A stretch of DNA of 64,000 bases from an uncultured delta proteobacterium. GTDB taxonomy: Bacteria > Desulfobacterota > RBG-13-43-22. Each line of letters opens with the position of its first letter. Position 1 is the stretch's first letter. The translations under genes were made by a program, and so were the position numbers. The notes beneath the pieces were generated by a model, which worked only from the letters and a program-made list of their open reading frames with translations, searched no databases and was not told where the DNA came from. This document shows positions 1-11,452 of the stretch, piece after piece. The stretch spans positions 96,001-160,000 of the forward strand of contig CAVUPH010000007.1 in the NCBI GenBank assembly GCA_963743305.1, written 5' to 3'.

Positions 1-2
1 CG

Positions 3-705
3 GCTAAAGCTCCGCACTATCTGAGGGCCAATCTGTTTAACGGACTCCATGGTCGGGCCTTACCGGTGGCTACCGGGGCCAAGCTGGCCAACCCGGGGCT
101 GGTGGTGATCGCCGAGAGCGGGGATGGCTGCAATTACGGCGAGGGAGGCAACCATTTTTTAGCCGCCATCCGGAGAAATATCAATTTGACCCTGCTGGTG
201 CATAATAACCAGGTTTACGGCTTGACCAAGGGGCAGGCCAGCCCTACCACGGGGGAGGGTTTTATCACCAAGGCCCAGCCCGAAGGGGTCCCTTCGGCAG
301 CCCTTTAACCCGGTAGCCGTGGCGGTGGCCATGGAGGCCGGTTTTGTGGCCCGGGGCTTCTCCGGTTTTCCGGATCATCTTTCCGGCCTGATCCGGGAAG
401 CGATCCGCCATCCGGGATTTTCCCTGATTGATATTTTGCAAAACTGTGTCTCCTTCAACCGGGTCAACACCCTGGCCTGGTATAAGAAGCGCTGCACCCC
501 CTTGCCGGACGATTACGATCCCCTGCACTGGGAGGGGGCCATGAGTAAGGCCCGGGAGTGGGGAGACCGCATTCCCATAGGAGTGCTCTACAAAAATATG
601 CGACCCCCGTTTGAAACGCATTTCCCCGTGCTGCAACAGGGGCCGCTGGCCGAACAGAAAGTGGATCGGGAATTGCTCCGCCGTATTCTGGAGACCTATC
701 AATAG
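3..705 (+). CDS. 2-oxoacid:ferredoxin oxidoreductase beta subunit (5'-partial, +1 frameshift near 300)
   Basis: [20 protein letters not shown] motif [25 protein letters not shown]; continues in another frame as FNPVAVA...[11 protein letters not shown]. Confidence 0.9.
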
Positions 706-885
706 GCGCTTCGTGGAGCACCTTTGGAAAACCGTTTCGCCGAGATCCGGCGGCCATACCAGAACTGGTGGATACCCACCCAAAAGGGCGAAGCGTCAAA
801 TAATATTCTCTAACGTCCCAATAGTTGAAATCCTAAGTCCAAAGAATCACCTTTTTTGGGGAAGGGATTTTGAGGAGAGCGGCAG

Positions 886-2391
886 ATGAAAAAAATCATC
901 GGAGTCCTGTTGGTGGTGAGCTTCCTGGTGGCGGTGTCCGTTTTGGCCGCCTCGCCTGCGAAAAAGGAAGTAGTCAGCGACGATACCCAGAACTGCCTGG
1001 GCTGTCACCGGGAAATCTCTTCGGGGATCGTCAAGGACTGGGAAAACAGCCGGCACGGCCGGATGACCCCCCGGGAGGGACTCAAAAAAACGAAGCTGGA
1101 ACGCCGGGTTTCCAGTGAGAAAATCCCCGAGGCCGTGGCAGGCACGGTGGTGGGCTGCGCCGAATGCCACACCCTGAATGCCGGGAAACATAAGGATTCG
1201 TTTGAACACAACGGGTATCAGGTCCACGTGGTGGTTACGCCGGAGGACTGTGCCGCCTGTCATGGAAAAGAGGTCCAGCAATACGGGCAGAACCTGATGG
1301 CCAAGGCCTACGGAAACCTAATGAATAATCCGGTCTACCGCCTGTTGCTCGAGGACATCAACAGCACGGCCTCTTTTAAGGAAAATAAGCTGATCCTGAC
1401 CAAACCCGATTCGGAAACCAATGCCGATGCCTGCCTGTTTTGCCACGGAACAATCATCGAGGTCCAAGGCCTGAAGAAACGTGACACTCCTCAGGGCGAA
1501 ATGAGTTTTCCCATCCTTAGCGGCTGGCCCAATCAAGGGGTTGGTCGGGTAAATCCCGATGGGAGTTTGGGTTCTTGCGCGGCCTGCCACACCCGCCATA
1601 GCTTTTCCATCGAGATGGCCCGAAAACCGTACACCTGTTCCAAGTGTCACAAGGGGCCCGATGTGCCGGCGTTCCCCGTCTACGAAGTCAGCAAACACGG
1701 CAACCAACACGCCGCGCTGAACCAGCACTGGGATTTCCAAGAAGTCCCCTGGAAGGTTGGTAAGGATTTCACCGCGCCCACTTGCGCCACCTGCCATGTC
1801 AGCCTGATCGTGGGGGACGGAAAACAGGTGGTGGCTGAGCGGACTCACCGAATGAACGACCGATTGCCCTGGCGTATTTTTGGGCTGATTTATGCCCACC
1901 CGCATCCCAAAGCGGCGGATACCACCGTAATAAAGAACAAAGCCGGTTTGTCTCTGGCTACCGATTTCAGCGGGGAACCGGCTCAGGCTTTTTTGATCGA
2001 TAAGGCCGAGCAGGATAAACGGCTGAAAACCATGCAGCAGGTCTGCCTGGGCTGTCACAGCCAAAACTGGGTGGAGGGCCACTTTAAACGCTTGGAGCAC
2101 ACCATCCAGACTACCAATCAGATGACCCTGGCCGCCACCCAGGTGGTCTCGGCGGCCTGGGAACGGGGGCTGGCTAAGGGTTTGGCCCAGAAGAGCAGCC
2201 CCTTTGATGAGGCCATTGAAAAGAAGTGGTTTGAACAATGGTCGTTTTACGCCAACTCCACTCGGTTTGCCTCGGCCATGATGGGGGCCGATTACGGGGT
2301 CTTCGCCCACGGACGCTGGTATCTAAGAAAAAATCTTCAGGAAATGGTGGAGTGGCTGGAAGAGAGGGAGAAGGGTTTGTTAAGAAAATAA
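886..2391 (+). CDS. Octaheme hydroxylamine-oxidoreductase-family cytochrome c (periplasmic)
   Basis: Signal peptide, 8 CxxCH motifs, HAO-like GVGRVNPDGSLGSCAACHTRHSFS and YEVSKHG. Confidence 0.85.
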   Translation: MKKIIGVLLVVSFLVAVSVLAASPAKKEVVSDDTQNCLGCHREISSGIVKDWENSRHGRMTPREGLKKTKLERRVSSEKIPEAVAGTVVGCAECHTLNAGKHKDSFEHNGYQVHVVVTPEDCAACHGKEVQQYGQNLMAKAYGNLMNNPVYRLLLEDINSTASFKENKLILTKPDSETNADACLFCHGTIIEVQGLKKRDTPQGEMSFPILSGWPNQGVGRVNPDGSLGSCAACHTRHSFSIEMARKPYTCSKCHKGPDVPAFPVYEVSKHGNQHAALNQHWDFQEVPWKVGKDFTAPTCATCHVSLIVGDGKQVVAERTHRMNDRLPWRIFGLIYAHPHPKAADTTVIKNKAGLSLATDFSGEPAQAFLIDKAEQDKRLKTMQQVCLGCHSQNWVEGHFKRLEHTIQTTNQMTLAATQVVSAAWERGLAKGLAQKSSPFDEAIEKKWFEQWSFYANSTRFASAMMGADYGVFAHGRWYLRKNLQEMVEWLEEREKGLLRK

Positions 2392-2444
2392 ATGAACATC
2401 GAACATCGAAATTTCAGTTTAATCACGCGAGGAGGAGATGAGAC

Positions 2445-2606
2445 ATGAAAAAATACGTTTGTGACGTCTGCGGATATGTTTATGACCCGGTCTTAGGCGA
2501 TCCGGATAACGGGGTGGCCCCGGGAACGGCCTTTGAAGATGTCCCGGCCGACTGGCTCTGCCCGTTGTGCGGTGTCGGGAAAGACGCGTTCAGTCCGGAG
2601 GAGTAA
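2445..2606 (+). CDS. Rubredoxin (53 aa, missing from ORF track)
   Basis: [15 protein letters not shown]...[13 protein letters not shown]; RBS GGAGGAG upstream. Confidence 0.95.
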   Translation: MKKYVCDVCGYVYDPVLGDPDNGVAPGTAFEDVPADWLCPLCGVGKDAFSPEE

Positions 2607-2630
2607 AAGGGAAGCGAGAAGGAGCCGAGG

Positions 2631-3213
2631 ATGAAAAGAATACTATGGTTCTTACTGGGAACTGCTGTTTCTGGCTGCCGGATGGTTTGTCCCCCCGGCC
2701 GGGCAGGCGGCAGCGGGCCCTCCGGCCAAGGGGGAACCTTTCCCGGCCCTGATGTTGCCCGGTCCGAAGAGTGCGGAAGACAGGAATTATCTGGGGCTTT
2801 CCGGGACCGGGGCTTTTAAGATCTCCCAGGTCAAGGCCCAGGCGGTGCTCATTGAGATCTTCAGCATGTACTGCCCCTTCTGCCAAAAGGACGCGCCCGG
2901 GATCAACGAACTGTTCCAGGCCATCGAAAGGGATCCCGAGTTAAAAGGCCGGATTAAAATTCTGGGTATCGGGGTCGGGAATTCCGCCTACGAAGTGGGG
3001 GTTTATAGAAAGATCTACAGCGTTCCCTTCCCCCTTATCCCGGATGAGCTTTTTGTCCTGCATAAGGCCCTGGGGGCGACCCGTACTCCTTACTTCTTCC
3101 TGGTAAGCATCAATCCGGGCGGGACCGGGGAAGTGACCTATTCCGAATTGGCCGGCTTCAAGGGGGTGCAATCCTTTTTGGAGATCATTCGAAAGGCAGC
3201 CGGGATCAAATAG
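2631..3213 (+). CDS. Exported TlpA/redoxin-family thioredoxin-fold protein (frameshift near 2660)
   Basis: IFSMYCPFCQ motif; signal peptide restored by joining two frames. Confidence 0.8.
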
Positions 3214-3263
3214 AACGGACTCCCCGGATGCCCCTTGGCGAGGTGAGCCGATTGGAGGTTTCT

Positions 3264-3871
3264 ATGAATCGCCTGAAAAGTTTATCTATGTTCCTATTGG
3301 TGGCGGTCCTGGTTTCGCTGGGATCGGCCGGACCGGTTTTCAGCCGCTCCGAGGCCTTTAAGGAAAATATTTATCCCGTGGGCCAACTCAAGCCCACGGA
3401 CAGTGAACTCAAGGTCAAAGTGGGAGAAAAGGCCCCGGATTTCACTCTTCCCTCCGTAGGGGGGGAGAAGGTTTCCCTGCACCAGTTTCTCGGGAAAAAA
3501 AACGTGGTCCTGTCGTTTGTTCCGGCTGCCTGGACCCCGGTCTGCTCGGATCAATGGCCCGGGTATAATATCACCCAGGGGCTCTTTGAGGAGCATAACG
3601 CGATCCTGCTGGGGATTACGGTGGACAATATCCCCACGCTCTTTTCCTGGACCAACCAAATGGGCCGGCTCTGGTTTCCGGTGCTCTCCGATTTTTTCCC
3701 CCACGGGGCGGTAGCCGCCCGGTTCGGTGTTCTCCGAACGGACGGCACCTCGGAGCGGGCCCTGTTCGTCATCGATAAAAAGGGGATCATTCGCTATATC
3801 GACGTTCATGATATCAACCAGCGTCCCCCTCTGGAAGCCTGATGGGGGAATTGGGAAAGCTGGAAAAATAG
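3264..3871 (+). CDS. Exported peroxiredoxin (AhpC/TSA, AhpE-like); 1-nt deletion near 3840
   Basis: GEKAPDFTL, PAAWTPVC, ERALFVIDKKGIIRY; C-terminus continues LMGELGKLEK in a shifted frame. Confidence 0.85.
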
Positions 3872-4555
3872 ATGATTTTCAAGGTCCGGATTAAAGACCT
3901 GCTGGACTTGGAAGACTATACCGGGTTGATGGATCTGTCCGATGCCCATGGAGGGAAAGTCAGCAACAGTTTAATCAGTCTGACGGCGGACTTGGACTAA
4001 AATCGACGCTGGCGGGCCATCCGAGCCTTGGGAATGGTAACCGCCCGGATGTACGACCGGGAACCGGAACAGGCCCGGCAGGTTATTCGTCAATTGCTCT
4101 GGAACCTGAATGAGGAATCCGGGGGGATCGGCTGGGGGATGCCCGAGGCCTTCGGGGAAATACTGGCCGTCCGCGAGGAATTGGCCGTGGAATACGGGTG
4201 CCTGTTGGCCTGTTTGCTCGTTGAACCGGAGAGGACCCTGGACCACGAGGAGTTGCAGCGGGGTGTGATTTGGGCCCTGGGCCGGTTAAAGGTGTTTCCC
4301 AAGGAGATGCGGGAAGAGATCGTCCCGGCCCTGATCAAGGTGCTTCGGCAGGATAGTCCGACCCTTCGGGCCACAGCCGCCTGGGCGCTGGGAGAGATGG
4401 GAGCCCGGGAGGCCTTTCAGCCTCTGAAGGACTTGCCGAAACTGGAGGGAATGCTTAGTTTATGGACGGATAATCAGTTGATCCGAATCTCGCTCAATGA
4501 GGCCGATGAGGAAACAAATAAGCGAAACTGTGAGGAAAGGAGGTGGAGGACGTGA
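3872..4555 (+). pseudogene. HEAT-repeat protein (DVU0298-like) with in-frame TAA at 3998-4000
   Basis: ATG 3872 is in frame with ORF 4028; LLWNLNEESGGIGWGMPEAFGEI signature; AAWALG repeats. Confidence 0.75.
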
Positions 4556-4716
4556 ACGATTGGAAATGCAGCAAATGCGGATATACGCTGAAGGCCGATG
4601 CGCCGCCGGAAAAATGTCCGGCCTGTAAAGAAACCTGCGAATTCGTCAATGTGACCTGTTACATTCCAGAATGTGGTTTTACCGGTTCGGATAATCGTCT
4701 GAAGGGAGAATCCTAA
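4552..4716 (+). CDS. Small rubredoxin-like protein (54 aa, missing from ORF track)
   Basis: WKCSKCGYT...PPEKCPACKETCEFVNVTCYIPECG; RBS GGAGG. Confidence 0.85.
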   Translation: MNDWKCSKCGYTLKADAPPEKCPACKETCEFVNVTCYIPECGFTGSDNRLKGES

Positions 4717-4907
4717 TGTCCAAGAAGAAATATAAGGTTCGGGCGGAGTGTCCGGCCTGCGCCTGTGGCGACGTATCCTTTTTAGGTCCTGAAAAGTTGA
4801 GGGAAAAATTTATCGGCGATGAAAAAGAGATCGACATCCTTTGTCCCCTCTGCGGCACGAAACACCGGGGACGGGTGGTGGCCGAAGAGGAGGCCGGCGG
4901 TCAATGA
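4716..4907 (+). CDS. Small zinc-ribbon-like protein
   Basis: CPAC and CPLC pairs; overlapping stop/start with both neighbours. Confidence 0.7.
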   Translation: MSKKKYKVRAECPACACGDVSFLGPEKLREKFIGDEKEIDILCPLCGTKHRGRVVAEEEAGGQ

Positions 4908-5494
4908 CGGTTCTGGGGATATACGGCAGTCCCCGCCAGGGGGGCAACAGCGACCAGCTCCTGGATCAAGCCCTGGAAGGGGCGCGGTCGGTTGGGGCGA
5001 CCATTGAAAAGGTCTACGCCCGAGATCTGAAGATGTCGGGATGTCTGGAGTGCGGCGGGTGCACGCCGACGGGCGTTTGCGTGGTCCAGGATGAGATGGC
5101 CCGGGTATATCCCTTACTGGAGGAGGCGCGGGTTACTATTCTATCCTCCCCCATATTTTTTTACGGGGTCACGGCTCAGTTGAAGGCCCTGGTGGATCGC
5201 GTTCAGGCCATGTGGTCCAAACGGCTCTTGGAAAAAAAGACGCCGGAGGAGCGTAAACGGTATGATCATGGGAAGGGCTATCTGATCGCCGTAGGGGCCA
5301 CCAAGGGCAAGACCCTTTTTGACGGGTCGCAGATGATGGCCAAGTATTTTTTTGACGCCTTGGATATGACCTATGAAGGCGGACTGTTTTATAAGGGCAT
5401 CGAATACAAGGGAAACATCAAAGATAACCCGGAGGCCCTCCGGGAGGCTTATGACTTGGGGGTGAAAGCCGTCCAAGGGGAGCCCGGACATTAA
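4904..5494 (+). CDS. Iron-sulfur flavoprotein / NADPH-dependent FMN reductase family
   Basis: GSPRQGGNSD, CLECGGC..C, SPIFFYGVTAQLKALVDR. Confidence 0.9.
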   Translation: MTVLGIYGSPRQGGNSDQLLDQALEGARSVGATIEKVYARDLKMSGCLECGGCTPTGVCVVQDEMARVYPLLEEARVTILSSPIFFYGVTAQLKALVDRVQAMWSKRLLEKKTPEERKRYDHGKGYLIAVGATKGKTLFDGSQMMAKYFFDALDMTYEGGLFYKGIEYKGNIKDNPEALREAYDLGVKAVQGEPGH

Positions 5495-5577
5495 TAATCA
5501 ATTGTTAATTATTGATGGTTAATGAAGACCGGATAGAACTGTTTTTTTCTGTATCATCCTACCATAGGAGGGAGATT

Positions 5578-5781
5578 ATGACTACACCCATGCATTGTCC
5601 GGGATTTGAAAGTATGAAGCATCTGAAATCCTTCTCCTGCAAATGTCCTAGCTGCGGGCGGGAAGCGGAGATCTTCTCCGATGAGTTTGACCGAAAACAT
5701 TTTTGCAAGGGTTGTCATCAGGAAATCGATTTCACCCAATGCACTCTGGAAGGGGCGGCCGACCCCCCGCCCATCCGCTAA
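5578..5781 (+). CDS. Small Cys-rich metal-binding protein
   Basis: HCPG..CPSCG.E.EIFSDE..CKGC; RBS AGGAGG. Confidence 0.7.
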   Translation: MTTPMHCPGFESMKHLKSFSCKCPSCGREAEIFSDEFDRKHFCKGCHQEIDFTQCTLEGAADPPPIR

Positions 5782-5864
5782 AGTCATCCTCAGAATCAAA
5801 GGGCGGGGAGGCCCGACTCAACCTTTCCGCCCGACTATTTTTCTGACCTTTTTGAGGAGGGACC

Positions 5865-7937
5865 ATGTCCGCCGAACCGTTCACCAACCGTCTGGCCGGG
5901 GAGAAAAGCCCCTACCTCCTCCAGCATGCCCACAATCCGGTTGACTGGTATCCCTGGGGTGAAGAGGCCTTTGGCCAGGCCAGGGAAGAGCACAAGCCGA
6001 TTTTTCTGTCCATCGGCTACGCCACCTGCCACTGGTGCCATGTCATGGCCCACGAATCCTTTGAAGACCAGGAGGTCGCCCGGCTGATTAACCTTCATTT
6101 TGTAGCGGTCAAGGTGGACCGGGAAGAGCGCCCCGATATCGACCAAATCTATATGGCCGTGTGTCAGGCCTTGACCGGCCGCGGCGGCTGGCCCTTGTCC
6201 CTGTTTCTGACTCCGGATAGAAAACCTTTTTTCGCCGGGACCTATTTTCCCAAGACCGGCCGGCTGGGGATGTCGGGTTTCACGGAGCTGTTGACCCAGA
6301 TCGCCGCCCTCTGGGAAAAAGACCGGGACCGGATTCTGAAAGCCGGCGAGGAAATTACCCAATCCCTTCAGTCCCGGGTGTCAACGGCTGGAACGGGCTC
6401 GGTTCCGGACCTGAAGACCCTGGAAACCGGCTATGACCAGTTAGCTAAAAGTTTTGACTCCCGCTGGGGAGGGTTCGGAGAAGCCCCCAAATTTCCCACC
6501 CCTCATCATTTGACCTTCCTGATTCGCTGGGACCGACGCCGCCCCGATTCCCGGGCCAGGGAAATCGTCACCAGAACCCTGGAGGCCATGCGTGGCGGAG
6601 GGATTTTTGATCAAGTGGGCTTAGGGTTTCATCGCTACTCGGTGGATGCCCAGTGGCTGGTGCCGCATTTTGAAAAAATGCTTTATGATCAGGCCCTGCT
6701 GGCCATGGCCTATACCGAAGCCTATCAGGCCTGGCGGAACCCGGACCACGCGCAGGTGGTCAGGGAAATCTTTACCTATGTTCTCCGGGACATGACTTCC
6801 CCGGAGGGTGGATTTTTTTCGGCGGAGGATGCCGACAGCGAGGGGCGGGAGGGTTTGTTCTATGTCTGGAAGCCGGAGGAAGTCAAGAAAACATTAGGCC
6901 CGGATTTGGGCGACCTTTTTTGCCGCTGTTACGATATTCAGCCCGGCGGTAATTTTGAGGAAGGGGAGAGCATTCCCCATCTACCGCTGTCCCTGATTCA
7001 GGCGGCGGACCGGGAAAAAATCCCCCTGGAAGAGTTGACCCGGAAGCTGGAAGCGGCCCGGCAGATCCTTTTTGAACTCCGGGAGCAGCGGATCCATCCC
7101 CTGAAAGACGACAAGGTCCTCACCGCCTGGAACGGCCTGATGATCGCCGCCTTAGCCAAGGCGGCCCAGGCCCTGAATGAGCCGGCCTTTGCCCGGGCCG
7201 CGGCCCGTTCGGCGACCTTTATCCTGGAAAAGATGCGGGACCCCTCCGGTCGGCTCTACCGGCGTTTCCGGGAGGGCCACCTGGCCAATCCGGGGTACCT
7301 GGAAGATTACGTCTATTTCGTCTGGGGGTTGATCGAGCTCTACGAAGCCACTTTTGACCTGAACTTTTTGCAGGAGGCAGTCAATTTGCACCGGATGGCC
7401 GTTGAACTGTTCTGGGATGAGGAGCAGGGCGGATTTTTCTTTACGGCCAAGGACGGCGAACCCCTGATCTCCCGGGAAAAGGAGATTTACGACGGGGCCG
7501 TTCCCTCCGGAAACTCCGTCGGGCTGCTCAACCTCTTGCGACTCGGCAAGATAACCGGAGCTTCGGAGTGGTCTGAAAAAGCAGACCAATTGTTGCGAAG
7601 CTTTTCCGCTACCATTTCGGGCTACCCCATGGCCTATACCCAGGTCTTGAATGCCCTGGACTGGGTGGTGGGACCCAGCCGGGAGATCGTTATCTCCGGG
7701 GACCCCGATCATCCGGTTTCCCGGGAGATGGTTCGTCTGGTCCGGGAGGCCTTTCTGCCCAACAAGGTCCTGCTTTTTAAAGCCACGGGACCGGAAGGGG
7801 AGGCGCTGAACCGGGTGGCCCCATTCGTGGGTCCCCTGGTTCCGGCGGCCGATAAACCGACAGCCTACGTCTGCGAACAATATGCCTGCCGGCAACCGGT
7901 CCAGGAGGCGGAGGTACTTCGGTCACTCCTTTTATGA
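5865..7937 (+). CDS. Thioredoxin-domain protein, YyaL/SSP411 family
   Basis: [39 protein letters not shown]. Confidence 0.92.
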   Translation: MSAEPFTNRLAGEKSPYLLQHAHNPVDWYPWGEEAFGQAREEHKPIFLSIGYATCHWCHVMAHESFEDQEVARLINLHFVAVKVDREERPDIDQIYMAVCQALTGRGGWPLSLFLTPDRKPFFAGTYFPKTGRLGMSGFTELLTQIAALWEKDRDRILKAGEEITQSLQSRVSTAGTGSVPDLKTLETGYDQLAKSFDSRWGGFGEAPKFPTPHHLTFLIRWDRRRPDSRAREIVTRTLEAMRGGGIFDQVGLGFHRYSVDAQWLVPHFEKMLYDQALLAMAYTEAYQAWRNPDHAQVVREIFTYVLRDMTSPEGGFFSAEDADSEGREGLFYVWKPEEVKKTLGPDLGDLFCRCYDIQPGGNFEEGESIPHLPLSLIQAADREKIPLEELTRKLEAARQILFELREQRIHPLKDDKVLTAWNGLMIAALAKAAQALNEPAFARAAARSATFILEKMRDPSGRLYRRFREGHLANPGYLEDYVYFVWGLIELYEATFDLNFLQEAVNLHRMAVELFWDEEQGGFFFTAKDGEPLISREKEIYDGAVPSGNSVGLLNLLRLGKITGASEWSEKADQLLRSFSATISGYPMAYTQVLNALDWVVGPSREIVISGDPDHPVSREMVRLVREAFLPNKVLLFKATGPEGEALNRVAPFVGPLVPAADKPTAYVCEQYACRQPVQEAEVLRSLLL

Positions 7938-8725
7938 AAACCAACCTGGAAATGATTCGTCTGGTTTTCTTTTGGGGAGGCCTGGTGCTGTACGGGCTGC
8001 TCGAGTGGCGGATCCCCTACCGCCCCAACACCGTCTCCAAGCCCCGACGCTGGCTGGACAATGTGGGCTTGTCGGTTACCAACGGCATCATCCTTTATCT
8101 TCTTTTTTTCTCCCTCATCGTCCAAACCGCGGCTTATGTCAGCGAACGGCAGTTGGGGATTCTGAACCTGATTTCGATGCCGACCTGGCTGCGGATCGTC
8201 CTCACCGTGGCGGTCCTGGATTTCATGCTTTATATCTGGCATTTCCTGAACCACGAAATGCCCTTCTTCTGGCGCTTTCACCGGGTCCATCACAGCGATT
8301 TGAATCTGGATGTCTCCTCGGCCCTGCGTTTTCATCTGGGCGAACTGAGCCTGTCGGCCGTCATCAAGATTTCCCTGATCTATTTCCTGGGGGCCGATAT
8401 CCGGGGGGTGGTGATTTTTGAAATTCTGGTAGTACTCACCTCTCAATTCCAGCACAGCAACATCCGCCTGCCGGCCTGGTTTGAAAAACTCTGGCTGGTT
8501 TTGTTTGTGCCGCCTTCCATGCACCGCATCCACCACTCGGTGGTGATCAAGGAACGGAACACCAATTACGGGACCATTGTCTCCCTGTGGGATAAAATGC
8601 TGGGTACTTTCCTGTATAACCTGGACCAAACCCGGATCAAGATCGGCGTGGGGGCCTATCCGCAGGCGGAAAAAGTGCGGTATCCCCATTTGCTGGTCAT
8701 GCCCTTTACCAAAGCGATCCGCTGA
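7934..8725 (+). CDS. Sterol desaturase / fatty acid hydroxylase family membrane protein
   Basis: His boxes HFLNH, HRVHH, HRIHH; NYG..WD. Confidence 0.9.
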   Translation: MKTNLEMIRLVFFWGGLVLYGLLEWRIPYRPNTVSKPRRWLDNVGLSVTNGIILYLLFFSLIVQTAAYVSERQLGILNLISMPTWLRIVLTVAVLDFMLYIWHFLNHEMPFFWRFHRVHHSDLNLDVSSALRFHLGELSLSAVIKISLIYFLGADIRGVVIFEILVVLTSQFQHSNIRLPAWFEKLWLVLFVPPSMHRIHHSVVIKERNTNYGTIVSLWDKMLGTFLYNLDQTRIKIGVGAYPQAEKVRYPHLLVMPFTKAIR

Positions 8726-8954
8726 AGGATGTAGGACAATGCGTCCTGACTCTCAGACACAGTCTCTTAGAAGGGCCCTGCTGCCTATCCTGGCATCAGG
8801 GAGAGTCAGAAACAGGATTTATTGAATGACTTTCTCGGACCCTTCCTTCATGGAACCCCAATTTTTCTTTTGACAATCATTAAACTTACTGATATTCCTA
8901 CAAAATAAAACGATAAATAGTCGATGTTGCCTGCGGCATCGGCAATCATCCTTT

Positions 8955-9032
8955 AGAACTCGGTGGCACCGGCGTGCATGGGCCTTCGGCCCCCGCACGC
9001 TGCGGGCCACGGGTCAACGCCGCATTGGCCGG
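8955..9032 (+). repeat. Degenerate attC-like hairpin, related to 25340-25400 (minus strand)
   Basis: GCATGGGCCTTCGGCCCCCGCACGCTGCGGGCCACGGGTCAAC vs GCATGGGCCTCCGCCCCCGTAAGCTTCGTTCCACGGGTCAGC. Confidence 0.45.
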
Positions 9033-9151
9033 CTGGAGCGAATCTGGTTTTTCTTCCTCCAGGTGCAAAGCGATTTCAAATGCTTGAATGTATTGAAATC
9101 TGTCATGACTATATCCATACATCAGGAAAACGGCCAGGGAGGTTGAACAGT

Positions 9152-10573
9152 ATGAAGGCGAGAAGAATAACATTTTGTGTCGTAGCATTTGGATCTCTAG
9201 CTTTATGGTTGCTTCTTCCAAACCAAGTCATGGCCTCTGAATCACCTTGCAGTGCTTCATTACAGTATTTGAAAGCTCAATACGATTCAGATCAGGCCAC
9301 AAGAGAAGCTTTCGATAAGGTTCATGCCGGGTTGCAGGGCCTCCCGGCAGGTTATTCCTATAACAAATCCGGTGAAAATCCCTGGAAAGCCACGAGCAGT
9401 GGGAAAGGCGTCTACCTGAAGATGCTCGGCCTCTTCGAACATTGGTGTGCGGCCCTTCCGGAGATCGAAGGGGATTCGGACAATGCTCTTGATCCCATTT
9501 TATATTTCGCATGGTTGTACTATCGGAACCCTGCTGGCCAGGATTTTGTTCAGGGGCGCGATCCTTCCGCCCCGGGTCGAGAGCTGAAAACAGGGCCGAC
9601 GTTTCTTGCAAAATGGCAGCACGACTACCTCGGCTACATGAACAGCAAAGACTCTGCGAAGCTTGTTCCCCAATGGGTCCAGGACCCGCGCATCGAGATT
9701 GGTGACTACAAAAAATCAAAGGCTGAGGACTACACAAGTTGGAACGAGTTCTTTGCGCGAAATCTGAAGAGCGAGAAGGACGGTTCCTACCCCAGTCGCC
9801 CCGTCACCATGCCAGATCGAGGTTATGTGATCGTCTCTCCTACAGACTGCATCATGAATCCTTTGGTGCAGGTAGTGAGGTCCGAGGGGAGCTACCAGCG
9901 CAAATACGTCAAGAACCCTCTTCAGCTCGATACGGTGCTCGACGTGAAGAACATTCCGATATCGGTGAAGGACTTGCTCGGGACGGTGCCGGACGAGATC
10001 AAGAAGGAGTTCGTTGAAGGAAGCGGCCTGGCGTGTGTGTTGATGCCCAACACCTACCACCACTTTCATTCCCCAGTCGACGGAAGGGTCATTCATGCGG
10101 AGGTGGTCAAGACGGGCACCCCTGGAACGCCCGGTACTTTCGGTTACCCGGATTTCCCTAACTGGGTGCCGTTGAGCGGCAATGTGGGGCGTCCGGGCAC
10201 AGATTTCAGCCAGTTCCAGGCCTTCCAGCGCGGCGTGATTGTCACCAAGGTGGAATATGAAAACCTGCCCGATAAGAAACCGGAGACGCTGACCGGCTAT
10301 GTCGCCTCCATTCCCGTCGGATTGGACTCCGTCGGTTCGGTGGTGCTCAATACCTGCGACAGCGAGCAGACCGACCATGTCAACTGCTTCACCATCGGAG
10401 GAAAGGTGGAGAAGGGCAAAACCAAGTTCGGGAATTTCTTTTTCGGCGGCTCTCTGGACATCCTGCTCTTTTCAAAGGGGATGATCGCTCCTGCCGTTCA
10501 AACCCGAATGGGTAATCAAATCGGAGTGATCAATATCGGACGCGCACCGAAATCGTCCTGGTCTTTGGATTGA
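9152..10573 (+). CDS. Secreted phosphatidylserine-decarboxylase-family (pyruvoyl) protein
   Basis: SWNEFFAR, SPTD, YHHFHSPVDG, FFGGS autocleavage motif; signal peptide after RBS GGAGG. Confidence 0.85.
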   Translation: MKARRITFCVVAFGSLALWLLLPNQVMASESPCSASLQYLKAQYDSDQATREAFDKVHAGLQGLPAGYSYNKSGENPWKATSSGKGVYLKMLGLFEHWCAALPEIEGDSDNALDPILYFAWLYYRNPAGQDFVQGRDPSAPGRELKTGPTFLAKWQHDYLGYMNSKDSAKLVPQWVQDPRIEIGDYKKSKAEDYTSWNEFFARNLKSEKDGSYPSRPVTMPDRGYVIVSPTDCIMNPLVQVVRSEGSYQRKYVKNPLQLDTVLDVKNIPISVKDLLGTVPDEIKKEFVEGSGLACVLMPNTYHHFHSPVDGRVIHAEVVKTGTPGTPGTFGYPDFPNWVPLSGNVGRPGTDFSQFQAFQRGVIVTKVEYENLPDKKPETLTGYVASIPVGLDSVGSVVLNTCDSEQTDHVNCFTIGGKVEKGKTKFGNFFFGGSLDILLFSKGMIAPAVQTRMGNQIGVINIGRAPKSSWSLD

Positions 10574-10756
10574 GCTGGTCGTATCTTCTAAAATAAATGT
10601 CAAATAAGAAAATAATCATCATCGGCGCCATCATCAGGAGCTTTTTAAATGCCACTTGGCCGCTGACGGCCTACGCCGCGGAATCCGCGCCGCCGCAGGA
10701 GAGGGTCGCCATGACAGGTTTTTGGACTTTTTGCGATACCCATAAGGATTAGCCAC

Positions 10757-11323
10757 ATGAAAAAGTCATTCGGCGCTAAAACCCTCATCTACCCAACGCC
10801 GGTCTGGTGCGTCGGCTCTTACGACTCCAACGGAAACCCGAACGTCATGACCGTCGCCTGGGGTGGAATTTGCTGCTCCCAGCCCCCCTGTGTGACCATT
10901 TCTCTCCGCAAGGCCACCTTCACCTATGGGAGCATCATGGCCAGGCAGGCCTACACCTTGAGCGTACCTTCTGTCGAGCATGTCCGGGAAGCCGATTTCT
11001 TCGGCGTGGTTTCCGGCCGGAGCGTCGACAAGTTCAAGGAGACCGGCCTGACCCCGGTCCGATCCGACTTGGTTGACGCCCCCTACGTTGGTGAGTTCCC
11101 CATGATCCTGGAATGCAAGGTTATCCACTACTACGAGATCGGGCTGCACACCCATTTCGTGGGAGAGATATTGGACGTCAAGATCGACGAGGCCTTTTTG
11201 GGTGGTGATGGGAAACCGGATATCGAGAAGATACGCCCGATCATCTTCAGCCCTGACGTTCAACATTACCACAGCGTTGGGCCTTTCATCGGCAAGGCAT
11301 TTGACATTGGCAGGAAACGGTAA
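10757..11323 (+). CDS. Flavin reductase family protein (flavoredoxin-like)
   Basis: PNVMTVAWGG, GVVSGRSVDKF, LECKV, HTHFVGEI. Confidence 0.9.
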   Translation: MKKSFGAKTLIYPTPVWCVGSYDSNGNPNVMTVAWGGICCSQPPCVTISLRKATFTYGSIMARQAYTLSVPSVEHVREADFFGVVSGRSVDKFKETGLTPVRSDLVDAPYVGEFPMILECKVIHYYEIGLHTHFVGEILDVKIDEAFLGGDGKPDIEKIRPIIFSPDVQHYHSVGPFIGKAFDIGRKR

Positions 11324-11452
11324 GGGGGCGGTCACCCACTCCTTTTTCGGGCACCGATCAAAAGGGAGGCCCACCCGGGATGAGTTCCTCCAAACTAGGA
11401 TCGGCAACAAGAATTAGATCATTTCCAAAAAAGAAAGAGAGGAGAAAGCCCA

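Noticed and set aside
2392-2412. GAACATC heptamer repeat
   Set aside because: Only about two copies; too short to interpret.
3840-3842. TGA ending the peroxiredoxin as possible Sec
   Set aside because: Not at a Cys position; a 1-nt deletion restores LEALMGELGKLEK ending next to the following ATG.
3998-4000. In-frame TAA as a sign of an alternative genetic code
   Set aside because: Single case; TAA, TAG and TGA end genes normally elsewhere in the window.
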